From: an uncultured Eubacteriales bacterium
GTDB taxonomy: Bacteria > Bacillota > Clostridia > Oscillospirales > Oscillospiraceae
Direction: 5' to 3'
Assembly: GCA_900549645.1 (NCBI GenBank)
Contig: URPD01000004.1
Coordinates: 1,421-65,420 of the forward strand
Length of the DNA: 64,000 bases
The position numbers were made by a program, and so were the translations under genes. Below the pieces are notes generated by a model. It was not told the DNA's origin and did not search any database. It saw only the letters and a list, made by a program, of their open reading frames with translations. Positions 38,617 through 48,083 of this stretch are shown in pieces. Within the stretch, counting starts at the first letter, position 1. The number at the start of each line of letters is the position of its first letter.

Positions 38617-38940
38617 ATGTACAAGAATATTGAAAAGCAGAAGAAAATATCTCTCAAGGATCTGGTCGAGTATCAGGAGGGGCAGGTCGTCAGCAAGACG
38701 CTGGTGCAGAACAGCCTCATCAGCATGACGATTTTCTCCTTCGACAAGGGAGAGGAGATATCCACCCACGCGGCGGGCGGCGACGCTATGGTGACGGTGC
38801 TTGAGGGCACCGGGCGCTTCACCGTCGGCGGCGAGGTGTTCGTCCTCAACGCGGGCGAGACGCTTATCATGCCGAAGGACATTCCTCATGCCGTCTACGG
38901 TGAGGAGCGCTTCAAAATGCAGCTGACAGTCTCGTTCTGA
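38617..38940 (+). CDS. cupin-domain protein
   Basis: 107 aa from the ATG at 38617 (RBS GGAGG, 5-nt spacer). Cupin motif H..H......E...G. Confidence 0.6.
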   Translation: MYKNIEKQKKISLKDLVEYQEGQVVSKTLVQNSLISMTIFSFDKGEEISTHAAGGDAMVTVLEGTGRFTVGGEVFVLNAGETLIMPKDIPHAVYGEERFKMQLTVSF

Positions 38941-38952
38941 ACGGGAAAAAAC

Positions 38953-38996
38953 AAGGTCCCGCTTCCCGGCAGATGCGCCGGAAGGCGGGACCTTAA
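38953..38996. terminator. bidirectional terminator hairpin
   Basis: aaggtcccgcttcc-(12)-ggaaggcgggacctt followed by AATTTTATATTT. Confidence 0.55.
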
Positions 38997-39011
38997 TTTT
39001 ATATTTGGCCG

Positions 39012-40841
39012 TTACTGTGCGGCTTCGGAGGGCGCGGTCTGGTTTTTCTCGTAGGTCAGTGCGAAGAGCGCCGCCGAGAGGATCAGCACGAAGAGCGCCG
39101 AATACAGCAGCCCGCGGCCAAGCCCCAGACTTATGGCCTCCGCCAGTATCGCGCCCACGGCGCAGGCAGCGGCGATGAACCACATCGGGTATTTTATCTT
39201 CAGCTTGTCAAAAGCCTTCAGCAGCGCTGCCGCACCGGCAGCGGCGGAGGCGAGCATCAACAGGTTCATCAGAACGCGGAGAACGAAGCGGACAATGTAT
39301 CCGACGTGCATCGAGCGCGCCGCGCTGTTTGCCGCGGTCAGCAGCTCCTCACCGTCTATCACGTTTTCAGAAATGCTGTCATACGCCAGCAGCGCCTGAC
39401 GGGCGGATTTGTATTCGTCCTGAAGCTGTTCGTACTCGCCGACGGAGGTCTGCATACCGCTTATCTTGTCAAACGCGGCGAGAAGCTCATCCTTCTCGTC
39501 CTTCAGCTTCTGCTCCGTCTCGCTCAAGCCCGCGCGTATTCCGCCGAGCTGAGCCATAGCGGCGTCAAGCTGGGAATCGCCGTCGTCAAGCTGCGCCTTG
39601 ACAGCGTCCAGTTGCTCGCGTCCGGCGTCTATCTGCGCCTTGGCTTCGAGCAGGGCAGGTTCGTTTTTCTTCAGCTCCGCCTCGCCGGCTTCCAGCTGTG
39701 CCTTGACCTGCGGCAGCATCTTTTCGGACTCCGCCAGCTGCTTTTCGCCGTCGTCAAGCTGCTGCTTCAGCGCCTGAAGCTGTGCTTCGCCCTCGTTCAG
39801 CTGCGCTTCCACAGCTTCCAGCTGCGCAGGCGCGTCGGCTATCATCTGCTTTGTGGCCTCAAGCTGTGCCGCGCCCTCGGCGTAGCGCGACTCGGCGTCC
39901 GCAAGCTGGGCTTCCGCCTCGGAAAGCTGTGCGCCCGCCGCATCAAGCTCGGCGCGTTTCGCGCTCCAATCGCTGCGGATGTCCTCAAAGCTGCGGCCGA
40001 ACATCGCCTGAATGGTCTTGTCGGCGATGGCATATATCAGCTCGCCGCCGACGCTGTCCTCACGTACCTTATCAATAATGGCCTGAGCCTGACTGTATAT
40101 CGCGTCGATCGCGTTGTACGCGGCCAGAGATGCCTCGTATTTGCGCTTGGCCTCGCTCAGCTGAGTCTGCGCCTCGTCAAGCTGAGTGCGCGCGGCGGCC
40201 AGCTCCGCTTCATACTGCGGCAGCGCCGCCTCGGCGTCCGCAAGCTGCTGGCGGCGGCTTGCAAGCTCCGCACGACCCTGCTCAAGCTGCTGCATCCCGG
40301 CGTCGTACTGGGCGCGCCCCTCGGCTATGGCAGCCTTGCCCTGCTCTATCTGGGCGACGCCGTCGTTATATTCCTGCCAGCCGGCGTCTATCTGCGCCTT
40401 GGCGGCGAGATACTTATTATAGCCGACGTTGAATTCCGCCTCCATCGCGTCGAACTGCTCGCGCGCGGCGTTATACTGCTTCCAGCCGTCTTCAAGAGTG
40501 CTTGCGGCGGAGTCGATACCGCCCGTGCCCATCTGAAGCCCGGCGTTCGTGGCGGTGTATTCGGTCAACTCCTCGCGGTGATGGGAGGAGTCCTCGTCAT
40601 ACTGCCCCTTCTCGGCCTTCAGTTCCGCGGCGGTCTTGTCATATTCGGCCTTGCCGCCGTTGAGCTGCGCGTCAAGCGCTTCGGCCTCGGCTATCCTGTC
40701 GCGGAGAGTCTTGTAATCACTGCAATCCTGCGCAAAATCCTTCCCTGCGCTGACGAAGCCCGCGACGCCGCTTATAAGCGTCACAAGGCACATAACGGCG
40801 AGCACGGCGGATATAACTCTGCTTAGAGCCTGATGTTTCAA
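39012..40841 (-). CDS. membrane-anchored coiled-coil protein with ~11-residue tandem repeats (YhgE/Pip-like topology)
   Basis: 609 aa. N-terminal TM, about 450 aa of predicted coiled coil with repeats (AQLNEGEAQL, QQLDDGEKQL, AQLEAGEAEL, AQIDAGREQL, AQLDDGDSQL), and C-terminal 2-3 TM helices. Matching nucleotide repeats occur at 39585/39745/40175. Confidence 0.6.
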   Translation of the reverse strand: MKHQALSRVISAVLAVMCLVTLISGVAGFVSAGKDFAQDCSDYKTLRDRIAEAEALDAQLNGGKAEYDKTAAELKAEKGQYDEDSSHHREELTEYTATNAGLQMGTGGIDSAASTLEDGWKQYNAAREQFDAMEAEFNVGYNKYLAAKAQIDAGWQEYNDGVAQIEQGKAAIAEGRAQYDAGMQQLEQGRAELASRRQQLADAEAALPQYEAELAAARTQLDEAQTQLSEAKRKYEASLAAYNAIDAIYSQAQAIIDKVREDSVGGELIYAIADKTIQAMFGRSFEDIRSDWSAKRAELDAAGAQLSEAEAQLADAESRYAEGAAQLEATKQMIADAPAQLEAVEAQLNEGEAQLQALKQQLDDGEKQLAESEKMLPQVKAQLEAGEAELKKNEPALLEAKAQIDAGREQLDAVKAQLDDGDSQLDAAMAQLGGIRAGLSETEQKLKDEKDELLAAFDKISGMQTSVGEYEQLQDEYKSARQALLAYDSISENVIDGEELLTAANSAARSMHVGYIVRFVLRVLMNLLMLASAAAGAAALLKAFDKLKIKYPMWFIAAACAVGAILAEAISLGLGRGLLYSALFVLILSAALFALTYEKNQTAPSEAAQ

Positions 40842-41013
40842 GCTTCATTCCCCCAACATATATTCAATAAAAATAATTATACAATATATTTGTTAACAAT
40901 CCAAGTCATTCAAAAAGATTTTTCTTCACATTTGAGGAAAAATGAGATATATTTTTCCTGCCCGCATCTGCCGCCGGCGGCAGGGGAGACCAGATAAGGA
41001 ATCGGAGTTTGCT

Positions 41014-41958
41014 ATGAGATTATATTTTGCACCCATGGAAGGGATAACCACGCATATATACCGCCGCGTCCATGCGCGCCTTTTCGGCGGTGCGGACAGA
41101 TACTACGCCCCGTTCATCGCGCCGGACGGCAGCGGAAATTTCCGCGCGTCCTCGGCGCGGGACGTTCTGCCAGAGAACAACACCGGCATCGCGCTGGTGC
41201 CGCAGCTGCTGTGTAACCGCGCGGAACCGTTTCTCGCCGTTGCGCGGCAGCTGGCCGACATGGGCTATGAGGAGGTCAATCTGAATCTCGGTTGCCCGTC
41301 CGGTACGGTCGTCTCAAAGCATAAAGGGAGCGGCGCGTTTACCGACCTCGGCTCGCTGGATGACATGCTGGCGGACATTTTTTCCCGCGCGCCGGTTGCC
41401 GTGTCGGTCAAGACGCGGATGGGGCTGGAGTCCGTGGACGAGTTCGGCGCGATTCTGGAGATATACAATAAGTACCCGATCGCGGAACTGACGATACACG
41501 CGCGGGCGCGGTCGGGGATGTACAGGGCTCCGGTTGACCGCGAGGCGTATTTGACGGCGGCGCGGAACAGCCGCGCGCCGGTGTGCTACAACGGGAACAT
41601 TTTTCGCCCTGAGGATGTGAACTTGCTGCCGGGAACCGAACGGTTCATGCTGGGCAGGGGAGCGGTGATGAATCCCGCGCTGTTCTGCGAGCTTCGCGGA
41701 GGTGCGGCGCTTCGCCGCGAGGAGTTGCGGGAGTTTCACGACACGCTTCTCGACGCATATCTGGCCTACGGACTCGACGCGCGCGCGGCGACATCGCGCA
41801 TGAAGGAGCTGTGGTTTTACATGGACGGCCTGTTCCTGCACAGCGAACGCGAGATGAAAGCGCTCAATAAATCCAGAAGTCTGGACGATTACCGCGCCGC
41901 AGCGGGCGCAATTTTCACCGCCTGCGAGTTTGACAGCGCCGCGGGATTCAATAAATAA
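41014..41958 (+). CDS. dus: tRNA-dihydrouridine synthase
   Basis: MRLYFAPMEGITT start, FMN-binding TIM barrel motifs, catalytic Cys (NLGCP). RBS GGAG precedes the ATG at 41014; the listed 40942 start is less likely. Confidence 0.8.
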   Translation: MRLYFAPMEGITTHIYRRVHARLFGGADRYYAPFIAPDGSGNFRASSARDVLPENNTGIALVPQLLCNRAEPFLAVARQLADMGYEEVNLNLGCPSGTVVSKHKGSGAFTDLGSLDDMLADIFSRAPVAVSVKTRMGLESVDEFGAILEIYNKYPIAELTIHARARSGMYRAPVDREAYLTAARNSRAPVCYNGNIFRPEDVNLLPGTERFMLGRGAVMNPALFCELRGGAALRREELREFHDTLLDAYLAYGLDARAATSRMKELWFYMDGLFLHSEREMKALNKSRSLDDYRAAAGAIFTACEFDSAAGFNK

Positions 41959-41990
41959 AAGCAGAGAGGAAAACTCTCTGCTTTTTCAGC
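41959..41990 (+). terminator. terminator after dus
   Basis: aagcagagag-gaaaa-ctctctgctt followed by TTTTC. Confidence 0.6.
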
Positions 41991-41998
41991 CGTTGACT

Positions 41999-42839
41999 TT
42001 ATAGCTCTATGGTATGCGGCTTAACATCCGGGTCATGGTTTGCGATGGACTCGATGCAGTTTGCGTCCATGCTCTGCGCGCGTATCCATTCCAGCGACCT
42101 GAACTGTGCGGCCTTGTCGTCGGCGATGCCGGAGACGATAAGCTCTTCCCACGAGCGGCTCGCGTAGCCGCCGTCTGGATACAGCAGCACGAAGCGCCCG
42201 TCGGGGTTCGTGATTTTCAGCGCGCACAGCCCCTTTGAGTGGCCGGGGATGTTTATCATCACAAGGCTCCCGTCGCCGAATATGTCGTACGACCTGCCGG
42301 CGGTGCCGTCCGTGCCGTTCCACTCGAAGGGGTGAATTTTCGTGCCGCGCCACCAGCGGGGATTGTAGCGTATCAGATTGACCGGCGTGTGATTGCGCGC
42401 GAAGCGCAGTTCGTCCTCGGAGACAAGAATCTGCTTCGCATCGGAGACAAGCTTCAGCCCGCTTGCGTGGTCACAGTCGAGATGCGAGAGAAGCACCATG
42501 TCCAGCTCGGACGGCTTTATGCCAAGCGCGGCCAGTTGCTCGTCGATCGCCGCGCCTTTTCCAAGCGCCCCTGATTCGTGATGTAAAGCGGCAGCGAGCC
42601 GAGGGAGCGTATCTGTGCCCGCCGGTCGGGGCTCATATCCCGGTGCCAGCCGCAGTCGAAGAGAATTTTCCAGTGCGGGCAGGTGATGAGGTGGCCGAAA
42701 CGGGCAGCCATATCCGCTCCGACCGCTTCGCAAAAACACCGGATGCCTTCAGTGTGCTGCAATGCGCACCACCGAACGGGAGCGCGGGCGCGACGCAGAC
42801 CTCGCCCGTGTGAAAAACATGTACGCGTATATCAGCCAT
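41999..42839 (-). pseudogene. MBL-fold metallo-hydrolase (lactonase-like) disrupted by two frameshifts
   Basis: Three consecutive pieces in three frames. N-terminus MADIRVHVFHTGEVCVAPALPFGG...KASGVF (ORF ending at 42839). Middle ...FGHLITCPHWKILFDCGWHRDMS...LPLYITNQG (ending at 42762). C-terminal ...DMVLLSHLDCDHASGL...INIPGHSKG... (41999..42739). Confidence 0.65.
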
Positions 42840-42900
42840 AATACTCTCCTTATTTCTATGCCTTTTTCATGCACTAAAGTAAGCAGTCAGTCCGCGGCCG

Positions 42901-43725
42901 TCAGAGCAGCGACAGCTGCTCTGGCTCCTGCCGGAGAGAAGCTACATGCTCCAGCGCGCACAGCGGCAGGTCGTGAGCCGCGACCTTGTAGTCGATACCG
43001 GCTTTTCTGGCCTGCGCGATCTGCTCGCGGCGCGGCACACGGTACATCCTGCCGTCCTTGATGAAGTGCGCCCCGGTCTGGTGAAACTGGAAGGAGATAT
43101 CGCGCTCCGCGCACTGCTGCCGAAGCGAGAGAATCCAGTCGTAGTGACATGGGCGCGCGTCGGCGCCGGATTCTCCGCTGGCCGAGACCTCATCGATTTT
43201 TTCCGGGTCGAGATATGCGCTTATGTCGAGCGGCGTCAGCAGGGGAGCGGCAATGACTGCTCTGTGCTGTACCGGCAGCGCGAGGAAAATCGGCAGGCGG
43301 TAGTCCGCCATCTCCTGATTCTCAACTGTGCAGCCGATGATGACGTTCTCATAGCCGCCGCCCCAGTCTGGCGGCAGACATTCCGACAGGCGGTCGATGC
43401 GCTTGGTGAAGAAATAGAAGAAGCAGTCCTGCCTGCGGCGAATCATATCCCAGCAGTCCTGCCGCCATGGGTCGGCGTCGCTCAGCAGAAAGTCGGAGGT
43501 GAAGCAGGTAAAGACAATTTTGCCCGGCGGCAGCTTCCAGCTCCCGTCCCGCTTCTTCTTGACGGGCAGGTCGAAGCTCGCGGTCTTGCGGCAGACGGAG
43601 GCGGCCTCCTCGGTGCCGTACATCGTGTCCTGCCGGTAGACATAGCAATGTTTGCACCCGGCGCTGAGCTTTGTGCATCCGTGCCATGGGTTCCAGTTGG
43701 CGTATATGCTCTCACCCTGCGGCAT
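42901..43725 (-). CDS. DUF5131 / phage Gp37-Gp68 family protein
   Basis: N-terminal WNPWHGCTKLSAGCKHCY signature of the Gp37/Gp68 family. 274 aa. Confidence 0.65.
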   Translation of the reverse strand: MPQGESIYANWNPWHGCTKLSAGCKHCYVYRQDTMYGTEEAASVCRKTASFDLPVKKKRDGSWKLPPGKIVFTCFTSDFLLSDADPWRQDCWDMIRRRQDCFFYFFTKRIDRLSECLPPDWGGGYENVIIGCTVENQEMADYRLPIFLALPVQHRAVIAAPLLTPLDISAYLDPEKIDEVSASGESGADARPCHYDWILSLRQQCAERDISFQFHQTGAHFIKDGRMYRVPRREQIAQARKAGIDYKVAAHDLPLCALEHVASLRQEPEQLSLL

Positions 43726-43828
43726 GGCGGCCGCCTCCTTTCAGTATGACTGTAATAAAACCACCAAGCAGGAGGCGGTGCGGCGCTTCATGCTTGGTGT
43801 TCTTTGATATCCGGTGAATGAGCGGGAC

Positions 43829-44935
43829 TCAGCCCCAGACCTCCTCGGCGATCTCCTTGACGAGCGCGAGCTTTGCCCACTGCTGTGCCTCGGTCAGCTT
43901 GTTGCCGATCTCACAGCTTGCGAAGCCGCACTGCGGGCTGAGGCAGAGCCTGTCGAGCGGGAGATATTTTGCCGCCTCGTGGATGCGCGCGATGACGCCG
44001 TCCTTGTTTTCAAGCAGTGCGCGCTTTGTTGTCACCAGACCGAGGACGACTTTCTTGTCACCGCTGACCGCGGCGAGCGGCTCGAAGCCGCCGCTGCGCG
44101 CGTCGTCAAACTCAAGGTAGTAGGCGTTGACGTTCTCGCGGGCGAGCAGAGTCTGCGCGACGCCGTGGTACGCGCCGGAGTTTGCGTAGGTGCTGTGGAA
44201 GTTGCCGCGGCAGACGTGAGTGTTGATGACGAGGTCGTCGGGCTTGCCGGAGATGGCGGCGTTATTCAGCTCAAGCAGTTGTTCTTTGATAGCCTCAAGA
44301 CCCTTTTCGTCGGTGCCGAAGTACATGCAGGCCATCGGGTCGACGAGCATACCCCAGCTGCAATCGTCAAACTGGAGGTTGCGGCAGCCTGCGGCATAGA
44401 CGTCGGCGATGAACTTCTTGTAGCCTGCGGCGATGTCTTCGGCAAGCTCGCGGTTGTCAGCGTAATACTTTCTGGTGTTCTCCAGCGCGAAGGGCATTAT
44501 CATCTGTTCGATGAACTGCGCGGGTGCGGGAATGGTGAGCTTTGCGACGGTGTTCTCATCCTCAAGCGCCTTGACGAACTTGAAGTGCTCTACGAACGGA
44601 TGTGAGTCGAGCGAGACTTTGCCGGTGAGGTAGGTGTCGTCGAGCATCGCGGCCTCGCCGTGGAAAGGAAGGCCGGTCTTGGTGGGGCTGTGGCCTACGC
44701 CGTTGAAGCCCCACATAAAGTCGAGGTGCCATGTCGCGCGGCGAAACTCGCCGTCGGTGATGACGTGGTAGCCAGCGGCTTTCTGCTTTGCGACGAGATC
44801 GCGTATCGCCCCGTCTTCAACGGCCTTGAGCGCTTCGGCGTCTATCGCGCCGCTCTGGAAATCCGTGCGCGCCTGCTTGAGCGCCGCGGGGCGGAGAAAG
44901 CTGCCGACATAATCATATCTGAAGGGTGTATTCAT
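43829..44935 (-). CDS. cobalamin-independent methionine synthase family protein (MetE C-terminal-domain-only type)
   Basis: 368 aa from the ATG at 44935 (RBS AAGGAG). UroD/MetE-like barrel with Zn ligands (H..C..E..C pattern near LSPQCGFA). Confidence 0.7.
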   Translation of the reverse strand: MNTPFRYDYVGSFLRPAALKQARTDFQSGAIDAEALKAVEDGAIRDLVAKQKAAGYHVITDGEFRRATWHLDFMWGFNGVGHSPTKTGLPFHGEAAMLDDTYLTGKVSLDSHPFVEHFKFVKALEDENTVAKLTIPAPAQFIEQMIMPFALENTRKYYADNRELAEDIAAGYKKFIADVYAAGCRNLQFDDCSWGMLVDPMACMYFGTDEKGLEAIKEQLLELNNAAISGKPDDLVINTHVCRGNFHSTYANSGAYHGVAQTLLARENVNAYYLEFDDARSGGFEPLAAVSGDKKVVLGLVTTKRALLENKDGVIARIHEAAKYLPLDRLCLSPQCGFASCEIGNKLTEAQQWAKLALVKEIAEEVWG

Positions 44936-45033
44936 ATTCTGCTCCTTTAGTGTGTTTTTGCCATGATTATACGACCGTCTGCGCGGCAAGTCAATTATGC
45001 ATTTAGACGATGTTCCGGCAAAAAGCAAAAGCC

Positions 45034-45062
45034 CGGCGCAATCATGCGCCGGGCTTTATCAT
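45034..45062 (-). terminator. strong terminator ending the hgd-like operon
   Basis: On the - strand aaagcccggcgca-tgat-tgcgccgggcttt is followed by TGCTTTTTG. Confidence 0.7.
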
Positions 45063-45067
45063 TGCGT

Positions 45068-45241
45068 TTACAGGTGCTGGTCGCGGTCGATTTTGTCGTA
45101 GTGCTTGAGCATGAAGCCCTCCATGACGGAGGTCAGCTTCATGTCGAGATTGAAGAAATACACGACGAAGGTGACGGCGAAGAAGCCGAGGCCGGCTATG
45201 CCGAGCTTTATCATCAGCTTGCGGAGCTTTTTCCAGAACAT
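45068..45241 (-). CDS. unlisted small membrane protein (57 aa) at the end of the hgd-like operon
   Basis: Not in the supplied ORF track (<60 aa). ATG at 45241 is preceded by GGAGG with a 7-nt spacer. Translation MFWKKLRKLMIKLGIAGLGFFAVTFVVYFFNLDMKLTSVMEGFMLKHYDKIDRDQHL has one TM helix. Stop TAA at 45068-45070, followed by the terminator. Confidence 0.5.
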   Translation of the reverse strand: MFWKKLRKLMIKLGIAGLGFFAVTFVVYFFNLDMKLTSVMEGFMLKHYDKIDRDQHL

Positions 45242-45253
45242 CTTATTTCCTCC

Positions 45254-46822
45254 TTACCAAGACTTCTCGTCCTTGAGATTTTCAAGGCTGGGATCGACAG
45301 GCTCTTCCTGCATGACGGTGCGCATATAGTTGTTCACCTGCTCGCGCACACCCTGACGGGATATCACGCGCGGGTCAAACAGGTCGTGCGTGACCCATAC
45401 GAGGTGGATGCCGTGCTCTCTGGCGCGCTCCTCGAACATGCCGTGCATACCGTCGAGCGCCTTGCAGCTCATGTGCTCCCAGAGAATGACCATGTCGGCG
45501 TTGAACTCCGTGCAGTACTCCCACAGCTCGTCAAGCAGAACCTTGTAGCCGCCGTGGGTGCGGTTGCGCATGATCATGTTCTCGGTCAGCCATGCCATGT
45601 CGTAGTATGCCTGCTCGCGGTTTTCGGGGGTGTCCTCGGTGACAAGCTCCTTGGTGGAGACCATGGAGAGCATATCGGTCAGCGGCACGATGCCCCAGCA
45701 GTTGAGCAGCCACACGAGGAAGTCCATATAGAAGTGCGACTGGACGCCCCAGATGATGGCTCTGTGGCGGTATTCGTTCGCGGCCATCTTCTTTTTCTTG
45801 TAGGCGCGCTCGGCAAGCTTGGTTATCTTGCGGTCGACATCCTCAAAGGCCTTGACCTTGCCGCAGATGGCCATGTAGTTGGTCTCAGTGTAGAGGGCGA
45901 GGTTGGAGCCGAATACCTGCGGGTAGTCGGTCTTGTTCATCTCAAGCCACTCAAGGCGGCACTTGGTAGCGTAGTTGACGCGCTTTGCGCAGTCAAAATA
46001 CGCGTCCCAATCCCACTTCTCGCCGGTGTGCTCCTCGATAAAGGCGATAGCGTTCTTGATCTCCTGCGCGGCGTAATCCTGCACGTCGTCCTCGCGGTGA
46101 CGCAGAGGAGCGGCGAGCTGGAACACGGGGATGCCGTCCTCAAGCTCAAGGCGCTTGGAGATGACGCCGTTGCCGAGCAGAGAGCCGTCGCAGGTGGTGT
46201 TGCACTGGACGGCGCAGACGCCGAGCACGGGCGCGTCGTCGTCGATGGAGACGCCGGCCTCGGCCTCAGGCATGGGGCAGACGTCGCCCGCGAGACCGTA
46301 TTCCTGCGCGATGTCGATGTAATGCTCCGCCGCATGCTGGTTCAGAAGTACGGAGACATAGGTGGACGGGGTCTCGCGGCTGAGACCCTTCAGCGTCGGG
46401 AAGCCCATCATAACGGCGGTCATCTCGTTTTCGTCGACAAGGACGACCTTGTCGGAGAACTTCTTGTCGTTGCCGATGCGGCGGTCGCCGCGGAAAAGAC
46501 CGTCAAGCAGCTTTGCGACGTCCTCAATTATGAGATCCTGCTCCAGATGGCAGATGCGCAGATGCTCGCCGCGCAGGCCCTGAGTGTGACGGTCGACCAT
46601 CATGGGGACGGCGAGGTAGTTTGCCATCCAGCGGTAGCGGAACATGGCCTTGATGTTTCTCGGCTTCGAGACCATCTTCGCCATGGTGATCCAGTTGTGG
46701 AGCCAGCGGGAGTAATCATAGAGCGTGTCGACCAGACCGCGCCACTCGCGGCGGTTTCTGACCTTGCCCTCAGTGTAGAATTTGCCGAAATTCTCGCAGC
46801 CTATTCTCTTATTGCTCATCAC
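45254..46822 (-). CDS. 2-hydroxyacyl-CoA dehydratase / benzoyl-CoA reductase family protein, HgdB/D-component-like
   Basis: 522 aa, HgdB/BcrB-like by overall similarity. Overlaps the upstream partner by 4 nt. Function inferred by family only. Confidence 0.6.
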   Translation of the reverse strand: MMSNKRIGCENFGKFYTEGKVRNRREWRGLVDTLYDYSRWLHNWITMAKMVSKPRNIKAMFRYRWMANYLAVPMMVDRHTQGLRGEHLRICHLEQDLIIEDVAKLLDGLFRGDRRIGNDKKFSDKVVLVDENEMTAVMMGFPTLKGLSRETPSTYVSVLLNQHAAEHYIDIAQEYGLAGDVCPMPEAEAGVSIDDDAPVLGVCAVQCNTTCDGSLLGNGVISKRLELEDGIPVFQLAAPLRHREDDVQDYAAQEIKNAIAFIEEHTGEKWDWDAYFDCAKRVNYATKCRLEWLEMNKTDYPQVFGSNLALYTETNYMAICGKVKAFEDVDRKITKLAERAYKKKKMAANEYRHRAIIWGVQSHFYMDFLVWLLNCWGIVPLTDMLSMVSTKELVTEDTPENREQAYYDMAWLTENMIMRNRTHGGYKVLLDELWEYCTEFNADMVILWEHMSCKALDGMHGMFEERAREHGIHLVWVTHDLFDPRVISRQGVREQVNNYMRTVMQEEPVDPSLENLKDEKSW

Positions 46823-48012
46823 TTGTCCCCTCCCTGAATCTTCTTTATCTCAATGCTCTCAACGAAGGCCTGCACGCGAGTGCGCATCTGGCCGGAGGTA
46901 GAGATGTTGTACGGGCGGTCGACGGACAGCACTGGGTAGCCGTAGTCGTCATGCAGGATGTGCGAACCCATCATGCGCTCGTAAGCCCACGGGTCACAGA
47001 ACTTTATCTGCTCGTAGATAATGCCGTCGGCGGCGTATTCCTTCGCAAGTGCGTTGACGTATTCGCGGCGGCCGTTCATCTTGGCGGTATTCATGTAACG
47101 GGGACATTGTCCGCGGTACATGTACTGGCGGCAGATCTGCGTCAGTGCGTCCTCATCGTCGGTCAGTTCTATGGGGTTCCTGCCGGGGAGAGAGCCGTAG
47201 CAGAAGCGGTCTGCGCAGACATATGCGCCGGTGTCCTCAATGAGCTTGATGAAGCCGGTGTCGTCGACCTCGGAGCCGACGACCAGCACGCGTGCGCGGT
47301 AGCCCTTCTCGTCCGGCTCGCGGGTCTTGAGCTCTTCCAGCGTCTCTTCAAGCTTGTCGATAAGCAGATACTTAGGCGCGACGTAGGTTACCAGCGTGAT
47401 GACGTGGAACTCGTAGCCCGTGATGCGCGGCTTGTCGCCCTTGCGGTATTCGCCGATGGCGCGGATAAGCTCGCAGATGCGGTTGTGCTCGGCGACGGCC
47501 TGACGTATCGCCTTGTCGGAGATGTCGATGCCGTAGTGCTCATGCAGGGGCTTGAGGATGTGGTTTGTGCACTGGAGAGTGTAGAGATTCAGGCCGTTGT
47601 CGTCGGCCTTCATGGGTATCTCCATGTACTCGAAGAAAAACTTCTCCTTGCCCTTGCCGAGAGCCTTAAGCAGCTCCATGTTCTCGACGGCGCGGTTCAT
47701 CATCGTGCAGCCGTCGGGAGTGATGAGACAGTCGGCAAAGTTGTAGCCGCCCTCGATGGCGCGCTCAAGCAGGGCGCGGCTGTACTCGCAGAGGAAGCTG
47801 GTCATGTAGTAGGTTGCCATTTCCATGGAACCGGTGCGCGGCGCGCGCAGACGCGTAGAAAACGCGCCCGGCAGGTTCAGCAGCGGCTCCGGGGTGTTCT
47901 CGCAGACATAAGCGACGCAGACCTTCCCCTCGCTCTGCGCCTGCAGGATAAGCTCATTCTGCGCCTCCTGAAGGAGGTTTTCAAAATAGAGCAGGTGCTT
48001 GAGATCTTTCAT
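46819..48012 (-). CDS. 2-hydroxyacyl-CoA dehydratase / benzoyl-CoA reductase family protein, HgdA-like subunit
   Basis: About 397 aa from the ATG at 48012 (RBS GGAGAAG). A CGCCGG-ttt-CCGGCG hairpin lies just upstream. Conserved Cys residues are present. Confidence 0.6.
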   Translation of the reverse strand: MKDLKHLLYFENLLQEAQNELILQAQSEGKVCVAYVCENTPEPLLNLPGAFSTRLRAPRTGSMEMATYYMTSFLCEYSRALLERAIEGGYNFADCLITPDGCTMMNRAVENMELLKALGKGKEKFFFEYMEIPMKADDNGLNLYTLQCTNHILKPLHEHYGIDISDKAIRQAVAEHNRICELIRAIGEYRKGDKPRITGYEFHVITLVTYVAPKYLLIDKLEETLEELKTREPDEKGYRARVLVVGSEVDDTGFIKLIEDTGAYVCADRFCYGSLPGRNPIELTDDEDALTQICRQYMYRGQCPRYMNTAKMNGRREYVNALAKEYAADGIIYEQIKFCDPWAYERMMGSHILHDDYGYPVLSVDRPYNISTSGQMRTRVQAFVESIEIKKIQGGDK

Positions 48013-48083
48013 ATTTCTTCTCCAATCGCCGGAAACCGGCGGCATCCAGCACTAGAATATGGCCGCATAAAACGACCGTCATT

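Noticed and set aside
39500-40400. Repetitive nucleotide motifs (gccgtcgtcaagctg..., cgcctcgtcaagctg...) that could suggest a CRISPR or repeat array.
   Set aside because: The repeats are imperfect, of variable spacing, and in frame within the coiled-coil gene 39012..40841. They are coding tandem repeats, not CRISPR.
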